A stretch of DNA of 63,471 nucleotides, filler included, from Choristocarpus tenellus KU-1152 (taxonomy: Eukaryota > Protista > Phaeophyceae): assembly GCA_964200185.2 (NCBI GenBank). It is 10 parts of 10 records of this genome, joined end to end, with 100 filler letters (N's around TTAATTAATTAA, not from the genome) between each part and the next. Parts side by side here need not be neighbours in the genome. Positions count along the whole stretch, not along the records: positions 1 to 21,117 come from CAXNAD020000362.1; 9 more parts are not named here. One strand, 5' to 3'. Position numbers and translations under genes: made by a program. This document shows, in pieces, positions 1 to 15,938 of the stretch. How positions within the stretch are numbered: the first letter of the stretch is position 1; every line of letters begins with the position of its first letter. The notes beneath the pieces were generated by a model, which ran no database searches, was not told the origin of the DNA, and saw only the letters and a program-made list of their open reading frames with translations.

Positions 1-39
1 GAAGATTTATTAAAACCTCTCAAATACAATTTTTATACT

Positions 40-108
40 CTGAAGTCTAGAAAATTATTTAGGAAAGATGTCTCCTGAAGTCTAGGAAATTATTTCGGAA
101 AGATGTCT
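40..108. repeat. 35-bp-period tandem duplication (2 copies)
   Basis: ctgaagtctagaaaattatttaggaaagatgtct (40-73) vs ctgaagtctaggaaattatttcggaaagatgtct (75-108), 2 mismatches. Confidence 0.9.
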
Positions 109-212
109 ATTTTACAAAAATCATCGACAGAGCAGAACAAACTATCATAATCTATATTCATTAGGGTACTCTTTATATCATTAAAACTATAGAATACCCT
201 AATGCCTTCAGA

Positions 213-412
213 TGTACTGTAGAGGTAGTAAAGCGCAGTGAGATGCATGTTTTTAAGGTTATTCCCAAAAGATGGGTTGTAGAGAGATCGTTTTCTTGGT
301 TGGATAAATGTCGAAGATTATGGAAAAACTGCGAGCGATATTTGAATACAAGTTTACAAATGATGGTACTCGCTTTTTCTGTGTTGTTGGTAAAAAGACT
401 TTAAACAGGTTC
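213..412 (+). mobile_element. Bacterial IS5-family (IS1031/ISWpi1-like) transposase C-terminal fragment with right terminal inverted repeat
   Basis: Manual translation of 213-404 gives [63 protein letters not shown]. This contains the IS5 C-terminal signature [19 protein letters not shown]. The stop TAA (402-404) overlaps an IR-like end TTAAACAGGTTC (401-412), followed by TAA. The segment is AT-rich and is not in the supplied ORF track. Confidence 0.9.
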
Positions 413-439
413 TAAGAACCTTTTTATAATCTTAACGTA

Positions 440-2350
440 ATTTAACTACCCTTTTTTACCTACCTGCTTCTTTATACCTCCAACCTAGCTTAGCCCAACA
501 TCACAGGGCGAGGAGCTATGGAGGCACCCCAAGAATCTGACACGCCCCTTCTTGCCCATCTCCCTGGTGTCTCCAGCTTGAAACCCATGACACGTCTTGA
601 TAGAGCCATTTATATTATGACAGACACTATCTGTCGCAAACGGGATTTGACAGCTTCTTCCCTGCTGTAGGATCCTGCCCCACTCTCCCCTACCGCGTAT
701 GTAGCCAACTCATCTAGAAAACTATCTGCTTGCTTACCAAGGCACCCAAAACTATTCATTGCGAAGGTGTTGAGGTGAAAACTACAAGGGCCAAAAGAAC
801 CCTTGTAGTGGGTGCACTTTTGCGCCTCAGTTGGAGCAGCAGTTACACCATTGCTGGTGGATGAGTGTGGTAGATGGGATGCTACTTGCACTTCTGTAAA
901 CGTAACATCTAGGAGGAGGCCTCTGTCCTGGTAGGGAGCTGATCCGGCGTACACAAGTGCCCCAGCATGGAAGACCAGATCCATGCGGAAATCTTGGTGA
1001 AACGTGAATGGGTTACTGTCCTCCATAGTGCAAGGGATGCCCATTCCTTTGCAGAGTTGACCTAGACGCTTCATCATCAGTGTGTGGTGGACCTGTCCCC
1101 CTCCCCTAGGGAAGTATGAGCAGGTCTAGTTTCCTCATTATGCCTCCTGAACCCAGCTACTGGACACCTGTTGGATAGGGCCTCCTCCCTCCCTACGGAT
1201 CTGCTGGCAGTGAGTCTAAACTCTATGGAGGCATCTTGCGTGCTGGTTCCAGGGGTTGTGTGGAGGCCCATGCATTTGCCTCTTGTCCACACTGGCTCTG
1301 GTGGCGGGCTAGAGCTAGTTAAGAACTTTCCCTCCCTTGTTCAGCATTGTTCAGTGGGTTGGCCAATTGCGTCTGAAAAGAACTGAATCGGATTCTGGTT
1401 AGGAGGCTAGCAATCTCATATTGTGCCCTACTTGTGATCCTGGTATCATCGGTTGCTAGAGTGTGGACCTCTGGGGCAGGTGTACCCCCCCAGACTACCC
1501 AACCTTGGCAAATAATTCCTGCCAAGTCTTCTGAAGGGACTCCTGTCGAGAGGAGGGCGTGGACGGATGATCCCAAGCCCTAACTGTGGGGCTCATACTG
1601 ATGACTTGTGAGAAAGACTCTCCATGAGGCCCTAGTCTGCTCTTCTCTAGCGTACAAAGTGTGATGTTGTCTGCTTGTTCCATGGTGGAGCATGCCAGGT
1701 GGGGGCGAGTGACCCTTACCAAATAGCCTAAGCGGGAAGAGAGGGATCAGGAGTTGAGGAGCCAGGCAACTTGTTTGTCCTCCATCTCACTCAGGTCCGT
1801 GGCCACCATTCCATCATGAACTCTTGATCACCTCAACTATGTAGCTGCTAGTGTAGTAAAACCATTTGGGTCCGGGTCCAGGTTGATTCTTGGTCTGCCC
1901 AGAAGTTCTAGTTCTGAGGGTGTGGGCTGGTGGCCCTGGGAAGGTTCAGCAAAGGTCTTGCCTATGTTGAGGGCAATGCCAACCTCACATAGATCAGTTT
2001 GCAGCTTCTCAAAACAGCTATTGTGGTGCAGTTAATCTCCCTTCCACAAATGGATCTGTCATCCAGATAACATTGGGAGGAGATTCCCTTGGAATCAAAG
2101 ATAGACTGAACCTGCTGTAGGGGTTTGGTGGTTGCCATGCAATATAGGAGAGGGCGGTCCCCTTGTGCCCCTGATGCCAATGGCATTATATTTATCCCTC
2201 CCTCATCCAGGGGGAAAAGAAGATCACACATATCTCCATACACCTTGGGCATGTAGGGTAGGTGTCCTGGTAGGGTCTCAAGGAGAGCCTCAATGGAGGC
2301 TGAGTGGCATACACTGTTGAAGCGTTCCTTCCATCTAGGCCATACCATTA
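440..2350 (-). mobile_element. Degenerate non-LTR retrotransposon with C-terminal restriction-like endonuclease (CRE/R2-type), frameshifted
   Basis: RT motifs ASGAQGDRPLLYC (from QGDPLGPLLF) and YLDD are in ORF 1962-2348. RLE motif RMDLVF...LLLDVT...KCTHY is in ORF 610-1077. There are many stops and frameshifts between them. Confidence 0.8.
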
Positions 2351-3058
2351 TTGCTGTATGCTATATACTGACACATCGTTTGAGGTTCTAAGAATTTCGG
2401 TTGAACTGTAGAGGATCCTCAGAAGGATCGATCACTGAGACGATCTTGGCAGGTTGGGCATGAAGGTCACAAACCAACAGGTGCACAGTATGAGTGTGTG
2501 GCTAATTGCACAATGAGGTTCATGATCAAATAACATCCCAAGGAAACTGTGATAGCTATTACACACACATCACATCAAAGCAGAAGCTAAGGCCCCACTC
2601 AAACCACGAACACCATCACAGTCTGCTGAAGGCTGTTTTTTTCAATTGGCTTCTTCTCTTGCATCCTTTGGTCATTTTCTTTCCTCTCTTCCCCTTATGA
2701 TTTTGGGTGACGATTTAATTTCAACTGCTCTACTACTTTTTGTTTGGTCCTCATTGTCCTCTTTCAAGCAGTGTGTATTACCTTCTTTCGACCAGAAGTC
2801 TAGCATCCCTCAGACTAATGTGATTATAAATAGGAAGGTAACACTATCAATGCTCGAAATGCTTACCTCTTATGTGGGCTGTTTACAACTGGAAGAATAC
2901 ATGAAGCCCAATAGTAGTGACTTTTACCCAACTACTCGAACACTGACATAATAAAACCTATTAATGGTCTGTATTATCAAATAGACAATATAAACACAAA
3001 CACACACACACACATGGATGAGTGTTACCATTCATCTCTTCAACTACTATGAACCAAT

Positions 3059-3242
3059 GGCTCAGAGTATCTGGGGGGGGGGGAGGGGAGTGGGGTCTAC
3101 ACCAGGGTGTCCATTTGGCCCGACCAGGAAAGGTGCACTTACATTATCCATCTGACACATGCAACCAAATCACCCAAAAATTGTGACATGGAAAAATGGG
3201 CCCCAAAATGACAGCCACCGCCCCCCTCAGATACTTTGAGCC
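3059..3242. mobile_element. MITE family A (about 180 bp), complete, 4-bp TSD CAAT
   Basis: TIRs GGCTCAGAGTATCTGGGGGG ... CCCCCCTCAGATACTTTGAGCC; CAAT at 3055-3058 and 3243-3246; several homologous copies in the window. Confidence 0.85.
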
Positions 3243-4075
3243 CAATCTCATGAGGGCTACAGGTAGGAGGTTGCCCAAAATAGGAACAGGATTGTTGGTT
3301 CATTGACTTATCGGGTAAAACTGCTAGTTTCTTGGCGCAAAATTATACTACCACAAATCAATGCTCTTGACTGTGATACCCTTATTCCTTGGTAATCAAA
3401 TGCACAAGTTGGATATGAGAATTGGCAACATTCCAGGGCAAAGGAAATATTTTCCTTTTTTGCCAGTAGCATATCAATCAATCATGGCAAAAATACTAGG
3501 TGTGGGGTGCACGAATAATCTACAGAGTATAAACATAACAATGGCGGGACAACGTAACTTTTAGAATGTCCTTCCCATGAAACCAACAAAAGGACAGCAG
3601 AACTCTGCCCTTAATCTTTCAGGGATGTATCTACCCTCCACTTACTCTCATCAGAGGAAATATTGTGAACAGCACTCAATGTAGTCTTGATAAACATCGA
3701 AGTGCCACGACATACTCTATCACTCTCCAGAGTGAACTATATGCCTTCAGGCCACAAGTTGCAAGGTTGAACAGGAACACCCTGTGAGCAGAACTGAAGG
3801 CCTACAAAGGGCAAGTGGAAGGCTCGATCATAATGGGAGATCAGAGTACCTACCTGTACTTCATATACCTTTGATGCTATAAGGATGCCTAGAACAAGTA
3901 AAAGTATTTTAGGTATCGAGAGCACGGGATACACCAATTAGGAGGTCCTGTAGGCAGAGGAAAATCCAGTATACACCACACAACCTCATTAATCATTATA
4001 CATGCACAAAACAGAAGTGCGTGTTGGAAGAGAACAATAACAGAATCTGTAACGGATGAGGGATTACCAGGGGGG

Positions 4076-6516
4076 TCAAATAGTTGTGGCGGGCTTAAAA
4101 ATATTGAACCCATCCGCTGCAGTACTGAGGATAACACCCGGTATCTGCGGGTGGAAATGAAGCTCCTTAATATCAGTCTGCCCCTGGTGTATGAAGAGAA
4201 GTTGTGGAGGCAAGTCGTTTAGTCCCGGTGCAGCCCCTTCCCTTGGTCCTATCACCTCATCATCAGCTTCCACCGACAGATCCCACAAGGTCAGTTGGTT
4301 GTCAGCCCCTGATGCTGCGAGCATAGACTCATCTGTGGGGTGCCACTCAATTGACGTAATTGGACCCTGGTCAAAACGCAAAGAAGACGAGAGGGAGAGG
4401 TTAGGGAGAGAGTACAGAGAGAACAAATGGTTGGAGGTTTGTCAGCGTCACAACACAAACAGTAGTACAATGGGACAGTTTTTGTTTGTTTTGTCCACTT
4501 CAGGTACACTGTGTGCTGCAAGGGTACTTCTTTCCTCGCAAAGCAAACCAACTGAAAAAATACAGAAATGTGTGGGGTCCTCTGGCGCACCTGGTGCCAC
4601 TGGAACTTGGCGATCGACTCCCCTTTCCCAAAGTATCGTAGGTCCCAGACTTTGAAGCTGCCGTCGTCAGATCCGGATACCAGGAGGTAGGTCACATTGC
4701 GGTTCCAGCTAACCACATTGACATCTTCCTCATGAGCCTGCAGGCTAAGCATCGCCCCGTTCTTTCGCCTTGTATCCCATACTGCCACAGTTTTATCTGC
4801 TGAGCAGGACACAAAAACCTGTGCATGGGAAAAAGAAGTGTTGCAGTAGATAGCGTGGCAGCAGTTCAACTCCCTTATCCAAAGGAGGAAGGCCGTATAC
4901 ATCTCTAATTCAGGTTGAGGAAAGGACAACAATGTACACATCCTGCCATGAGGGTCTGTTCAGTATGACATAGGGGCACCAGAGGGTGTGCAAAACTGGT
5001 AAGATATCAGATTGATTTAATCTACTTGTAGGTGTTATCTCTAAAAAGGAGAAAAATGTGGTCTAGTATCCCAGGGTACGCTCACCGAGCTTTCTGTAGG
5101 ACTCCATTGAAGGTCCTCCACTGAGGATGTATGCCCTACAAAAGGCACCATATCAGGTGCCCAACCGCTCTCTGTTGGTCCTGTGAGGTATATGTAGTTA
5201 CTGCAGTCGCCTGTTACAAGTTTTCCCGCTTCCACTGGAGACCAATCCATTGCAAATCCCTCCTGTTGTCATAGAAGAATCCAACCATGTAGGAGGCGTA
5301 TCGGTATGATGTATTAAACTGTATCATAAAAATCGGATAAGTCCACTGGTAACATATACTACTGTCAAGTCACTGATGGAAGTAAAGATAGTTTCGTCTA
5401 TGAACTCCGGGGACGGAAACATGCAATGGTTAACAAAGTTATGATCAGATGTTGTCACTTCGTATCATATTTACAAATCTTCTAAGATGGGGTGTGTGTC
5501 AAACCACCTGCACCCTTGTACGTATGTAACATCGGGAGACTATAGACTTCGAACAATAAAGGGCGCACCAATCATATGATTAAGGGTTGCTTAGCATTAA
5601 AGGTCAATTCGACATTGCCTACCTCCGGATGTCCCCCAAAAGTGAAGGTTGGATCAACCTTGGAGTTCTTGGGAGCCCCTTTCTCGAAACTGACTAGCTG
5701 TTGCTTGATATCCCATATGTGAATGTCTGAGGTCTCAGACCATGTGGAAACCATATGGGGCTGCTGAGGCATCGAACGTACGCGGTTGACCCCACCCCTA
5801 TGTGGGATATTCACATGGTCCAGGACTGGATCATCATCGGTCTCGTCCAGCTCCTCGTCTGATGCCTCATCGTCACTGTCAGCCTTACGATCCTTTTCAG
5901 TACGATGTAAGTCTGTGAGTTTCATCACTGTGAGCCGATTATTATCGAGGGAATCGGCCTGCGTCCCGGCCACAGCGAATACGGTATGGGGGAACCGAGC
6001 CCTGTTCATCCCCAAGTTGTCACGAACAATATCGAAGCTGAGGCATGGCCATTCTGGTCGGATGGAGTGGTACATATGATATGCAGTACTATCGTAATCA
6101 AGCTCCTCTCCTTCTGGGAGCTCATCCACCCCAGCGCGCCACACCTTTGTCTTTACACCTTGTTGTGCACCATCCTCTCTACTTGACTCTTCCTCCATCT
6201 CATTCTTACTATCTACCTGCCCCCCTTCGCTGTCCTCACTATCCAATCTTCTCTCCTCATTTTGATCTTCGTCTTCATCAGTCTCCTGTAGACCCTCCTC
6301 CTCAAACTCATCACCAAAGGGGTCCTCGAATACCAAATCCTCTCCTTCATTACCCTCATCCTTTCTCGTGTCGGAGATGCTAGAATCATCACCATCAACA
6401 TCACCATGACCTCGCTGGCGCTTAGATGAAGCTCCCGATGGAAAATCAGAAAAGGAATTATCTACTGTGGCGCTCTGCGCATGCCCCCCCTTCTGTTTGT
6501 TGCGTACCTTCCCCAT
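4076..6516 (-). CDS. GRWD1: Glutamate-rich WD40 repeat protein (ribosome assembly factor RRB1/GRWD1); exons 6516-5623, 5262-5086, 4818-4591, 4366-4076
   Basis: Acidic N-terminus, then ELDYDSTAYHMYHSIRPEWPCLSFD, GTQA, HRGGVNRVRSMPQ, EGFAMDWSP, SVEDLQWSPTE and LPPQLLFIHQGQTDIKELHFHPQIPG. All three introns are GT-AG and keep frame. Confidence 0.95.
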
Positions 6517-6786
6517 CCTTGAACCCAACTACATCACGTCCTTTGGTCACACTAATTCAAGCCAGCCACACACCAGAAACGCCTCCGACGGTGTATTGGC
6601 ACCTTTTCCAAACAGCACGTCTTCATGTATTGGTGTCGATGTGAACCGTTGTGGTCTGGTTGCTACACTTGTTGATAGACGAGGAGCCCCAAATCCCACC
6701 TAGAAGTTGTATATCCTTACGTATACTTACCAATCCACCCCTATTCCCTCTACGTGGCGTTTGAGGTATTCTTCCTCTCTAGGATC
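6517..6786. promoter_or_regulatory. Putative bidirectional promoter between GRWD1 and thioredoxin
   Basis: 270 bp separate divergent ATGs at 6516 (-) and 6787 (+). Inferred from arrangement only; no motif identified. Confidence 0.5.
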
Positions 6787-7752
6787 ATGTGGGGTACAAG
6801 TACTTTGTTGGGAGGAAGATATCTTGTGGTGGGGGTTTTCTTGGGGTTTCTGGCAGTCATGCCAATATGTCAGGGGTTCTCGACGTCACTCGTAGTCTCT
6901 TCACGAACAGCGCGTAGCTGTAGCCAGATTAGACATTCATCAGTTGAGGGATTGTCAAGAGTTACCTGCCAGATCACCGAGATTTTGCCGGCTCTAAATG
7001 AGGGGGAATACTCAGAACTTATTGGTGGTTCTACAGGGAAGAAGGTGGTTGCAGTGTGGTTCCATGCACAATGGTGTAGGAAGTGCAAGTACATTGGGGC
7101 TCGCCTAAGGCACCTGACTGAGCATCTGCCATCTCAGCTTACAGATCAGCTTGCGGTAAGTAGGATTTAATCATGTAGTGATGTCCGCTCGCTTTCTTTC
7201 CATCGTAGAAGTTTGCTCGTCGACCACTCGCAAGGGGGAGAACGATGTATATAAAGTGGCTAGTGCAATTGTGCTCTCCTAAAGCTCGTACGTTTGGTTT
7301 TGTTTATGATGTCCCGGTCTTGTTTGTTCAAGTGGTCGACATCGATTTTCTTGAACTTTCACAGCCTACGATTTATTCCACGAACTGACTATAGTACATT
7401 TTGAAAATAAGAAATTCTGTGAGCTAGCAATTCCTCCATTTCTTCTATGGACATGCCTACGCTGGTTCCGTCACAGATTTTTTGCCTCTGCTACTTTCCA
7501 CCTAGCATACTCTGACCATCCTTCTGTTGCGATGTGTACGTTCACCCTCCATTGTACGTGCCATAGGTGGTCAGTGTGGATGTTAACAACGTTGCCCAGG
7601 TACCGCAGCAAGAGCGTATAAAGGATTTGCCGACCATAAAATTTTTCAGAGGTGGCCAAGTGATCGATGAGTACATCGCCAATGATAGAGGGGATGAATT
7701 TTACTCACAGATGAACCATCGGGTCAGTTCTGCGCTGGATTCGATGTTGTGA
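6787..7752 (+). CDS. WCRKC-type atypical thioredoxin, probably plastid-targeted; exons 6787-7155, 7567-7752
   Basis: VAVWFHAQWCRKCKYI active site; exon 2 VSVDV...IKDLPTIKFFRGGQVID is the Trx C-terminal half. A hydrophobic signal peptide ends ICQG|F and is followed by an S/R-rich stretch. GT-AG intron, phase 0. Confidence 0.88.
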
Positions 7753-9645
7753 GCGAGGTGAAGGTTGCAGGTGCAGGAAGCTACTGGTTTCCACAGAAGA
7801 GTCAGTAACGCTTCCTGTCTGCATCTCATTTCTAGACCCCACTTCTCTCTCTCTGAACACATATTTTTTGTTGTAGTATTTACATGCTGCTTTGAAGTAC
7901 GGAGGATAAGCTATTGTCACGCAGAGCAGGTTGATCAACAATAACTTGAAGGCACTTGCTAGATGTACATTATGACAATGTGTCTTTTTGTTGGTGAGAA
8001 GGAGCAAGGCAGCTGACAAAGAGAGGGTGGAATCTCTAGTTACTGGCGAGAGGATGGTGCAGATGTGGGTGTCTTGGCCTCCTTCTCTAAGCTATCCCCT
8101 GTTACAGCAACAAGGTTGTAACATGTCTTTCATGACCTGAAGGACCTTGCCTTGTGTGTTTTTTGTTATATCTGTGTATCTGATTTTGTGTATGTCAATC
8201 ACATGCTTGAAGGCATTAAGATGTATGAGAGTTTTAAGAGACCAATTCAGGGTGGGAGATAATTTTGGCAAGTAGAGGTTAAGCAGAATTGTAACACGAA
8301 TGAAATGATGTGACAGAGGATTTGTACGTTTTAGTTACCTTTTGAAATGAGTGGGTAAGCTTCAGTGCACGGAGAGGTTACCAATGCCGATTTTGAATGG
8401 TTCGTTTTCGATGAGATGTTAACTTGGATGTTGCAGCATGAAGTGGCAATAGGCTTGCTATGATGTTGAAGTTTTGGCACACATATGGTTTTGTAGATTG
8501 GTAATAGTTGCAGCTAAACATGCAACTGTGTTGCATACAAGCAGGAGATACAGTGACTTTAGGGCATTAGGAGACATTAGGAGACATTTTCAAGCTGAAG
8601 GAGACCTTACCCCAGTACAATTTATCTACTTACACATCTATCCACCTTTGCAGGAATTGGTGAACACAGAAAAATAAACTATGACTATTAATGGTATATC
8701 TTGAAGCCTAACACTTGACCTATTCATGCTCTCTCCGTGAGTACCTTGACCCTGTGATATATCAATGCATGCCGAAGCAACCCTACTTGCGAAATGTGCA
8801 TGCCTCGCAGGGACCATTTCATGTAGTCTGTGTATCCAGTGCTGTTGATAACTTCCTTGTGGGAGGGCATGGCTTCGTTCTTTTCCCTCTTCTTCCAATT
8901 TTGAACCCATGATATTTCCTCCCTACAAAATGGACATGCTATGGAGTGCGAAGTGTACCTGGACACAAGAGTTCCTAATAATGGGATGAGAGCCCCAATC
9001 CACCATACATGTTTGCACGGGTGGGGTTGGTAAAAGTGTGTTGAAAATGCACAGAAGCAGCTGCAATAATGAGTGCAGCCTTTTCCTTGTTCCCGGTCAC
9101 CTCCAGACTGCACCCTCCACCATGGACACACCACAATTTCCTGTGGGGTTTCCTGCGGATTAGGTGCATGGTGAACGGTGCTCATTGCAGCTAAAATATA
9201 CTGCATAGACAACGAGAGATTGGATGAAGTCCAGCCCTTCAGTGGACATATGTGTCAAGTATGCAGTGGATTGTCCGGTGGTGGTGTTAGGATTGTCCTC
9301 GCAGAATCAATCTCTCTCCCCTGCCACTATGCTTCAGTTGGTCGAGTGGCAGTATCTCCTGTAGCACATAGTGTGTGTGATAGGTTCCACTTCTAGTGCA
9401 ATTTCTCTACCCAGGCAGGACCTCTAAAAAAAACTTTTACTGAGCAGCCCACCCCTGCTTTGTGATGTTGGATTGTAGGAAACAAGCTGATTCCTTAAAT
9501 CTCCGTAAGTTGAAAGTCCCCAGGTTCCGTTTATTGCATCCCAACAGTACAAAGAATGGAAACCGATCCTCGTCCAGTCAAGAATCTTGGGCAAGGTGTA
9601 TTTGCTCTGTCGAGTCTTTTTTGCTGATTGGTGTTTTCATTGAGG

Positions 9646-11121
9646 TCAAGTGTCAGGACTGCTAAGCTGACGATCTTTCTTCTGTTCTATCATGTCACAA
9701 CAATGTTGAGTTGCTGCTGGACTTGTTGGCCGGGGCCATCCCTTTTCCCTGACAGCAGTAAGCCACTGGAATAACGGGAATGCTGCAGATGAAGCCGCTT
9801 TCACAGCTGAAGGAGTCATCCCTCCTGAATCCAGGCGTTTTGCAAGGTCTGCCATCCTTGATGCTGGGATCCGGTCACAGCGGATGGAGGCGAGTGTATT
9901 CCAAAGCACATGAGCGTTACTTAGAAGCGATCGTTGCCGGGGCCCCCATCCCGGTTTTCCCCCAAGAAGGCAGCAGAGGGCCTCCAGTGTTTTTAAGACA
10001 GGCTGCGGTGGGCACTTGAGATGGTGGAGCTCTGTCAGAGTGCTAATTGTCAAACCTTGGAGGCAAACTTCCAAACAGTCTTGAGGAGCATGTTTTCTGC
10101 CTTCTGCTGTGGGGGTGCATAAGGACTCTGGAAAGTTGGCCACGCTGGATGATGGATTATTCTGATGAGGCTGAAGCAGCTGCTTGGCATCGCCAAACAT
10201 ACCTGTGGGGTCACTCTTCGTCATTTGCCTTAGAGAAGGTTTACTGACTGCCGCAGATTTAGGACTCGTCACTTTCGCAAGGTTGCTGGTTGTAAATGGT
10301 GTGTGATTGTCCCATGGCTCCCGTCTATTGGATGGCACCTGTCGGTTGATGTTTAGAGTCAGACCTCCTTCCAGTTGGCCCTCATTAACAACTCTTTTCC
10401 TGGCCTTGTCTATCGTGTCTGCCTGACTGATGCCAATCAGGTCCTCACTATTTTTCTCAACAAGGCGCATCCCACGTTCTTTCTTATACTGTCGAAGTTT
10501 TTCATGGACCTCGTTGATTGCCACTGCCTTTTTAAGAGCAGTTACGGTAGGATTTCTGCAGTCATCGTGTCTAGCAGCGGTGAGCAAAGTCAACTCTTCG
10601 AGAAGTAATTTCTCTCCCTGGACATCCACAGGATGATAGTCTGAGGAGTCTGAGCGTCGCTTGCAGCACCACGAGGACAATCCACACCCCTTAGAGGCGT
10701 TGGTATGGGCTTTCTTGCCAATGGAGAAGAAGCTCTGGTCAGGAGGGAGAATTTCCTTACCCCTTCGCCTGAGCCTCTTCGCCCCACAACCCGTATGTCC
10801 AGCCAGTGTCCCTTCTTGATACGCCTGACTTTTATACGCGAGTGGTGTAGAAGATATTGGCTGCTTGTTTTGCACTCGTTTTTGATCCTTTTTTCTTCCT
10901 GCTGAAAAAACTGCCTCCCTCAAAGGAGAGACTTCGAGGGCCTGTACGTGGAGCTGCACGTACTTGGGCATGTTGCCATGTGGTATGCCTTCCCGGGTTA
11001 ACTTCTTAAATGGAGGACAAATTCTTTCCCGAGTCAGTCTCCTCGTCTTGAGCTGCGTCGACCTCATCATTCGCTCTCGTTCCCATGGGAGGATTTCGAG
11101 CTCTACCTCTGTCTCATCCAT
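9646..11121 (-). CDS. 491-aa intronless hypothetical protein with C-terminal dynein heavy chain microtubule-binding (stalk tip)-like domain
   Basis: About 9745-10085 encodes LTISTLTELHHLKCPPQPVLKTLEALCCLLG..W....LLSN...L..I....MTPSAVKAASSAAFPLFQWLTAV, which follows the dynein MTBD pattern. The N-terminal 340 aa are basic and low-structure, with no P-loop. Confidence 0.7.
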   Translation of the reverse strand: MDETEVELEILPWERERMMRSTQLKTRRLTRERICPPFKKLTREGIPHGNMPKYVQLHVQALEVSPLREAVFSAGRKKDQKRVQNKQPISSTPLAYKSQAYQEGTLAGHTGCGAKRLRRRGKEILPPDQSFFSIGKKAHTNASKGCGLSSWCCKRRSDSSDYHPVDVQGEKLLLEELTLLTAARHDDCRNPTVTALKKAVAINEVHEKLRQYKKERGMRLVEKNSEDLIGISQADTIDKARKRVVNEGQLEGGLTLNINRQVPSNRREPWDNHTPFTTSNLAKVTSPKSAAVSKPSLRQMTKSDPTGMFGDAKQLLQPHQNNPSSSVANFPESLCTPTAEGRKHAPQDCLEVCLQGLTISTLTELHHLKCPPQPVLKTLEALCCLLGGKPGWGPRQRSLLSNAHVLWNTLASIRCDRIPASRMADLAKRLDSGGMTPSAVKAASSAAFPLFQWLTAVREKGWPRPTSPAATQHCCDMIEQKKDRQLSSPDT

Positions 11122-11338
11122 ACCGCAACCTTAAATACAGTTCAAAGGATCGCTTTCCTGAGGTACGGTAATTAGTTTGAATGGATGTCAATATGAACGC
11201 GCATCGCTCATTGGGTATTGGTCTGTACCTGAAACGTTTCTAGTCATCCTCAACAACGACCAATTAGTAGTCTTAACTTGTGAGGAAAGTTGTTGGGGGA
11301 GGTAAGGGTGGAAAAGTTAAGTGTGAGTATTTAGAAAC

Positions 11339-15938
<4,600 letters not shown>

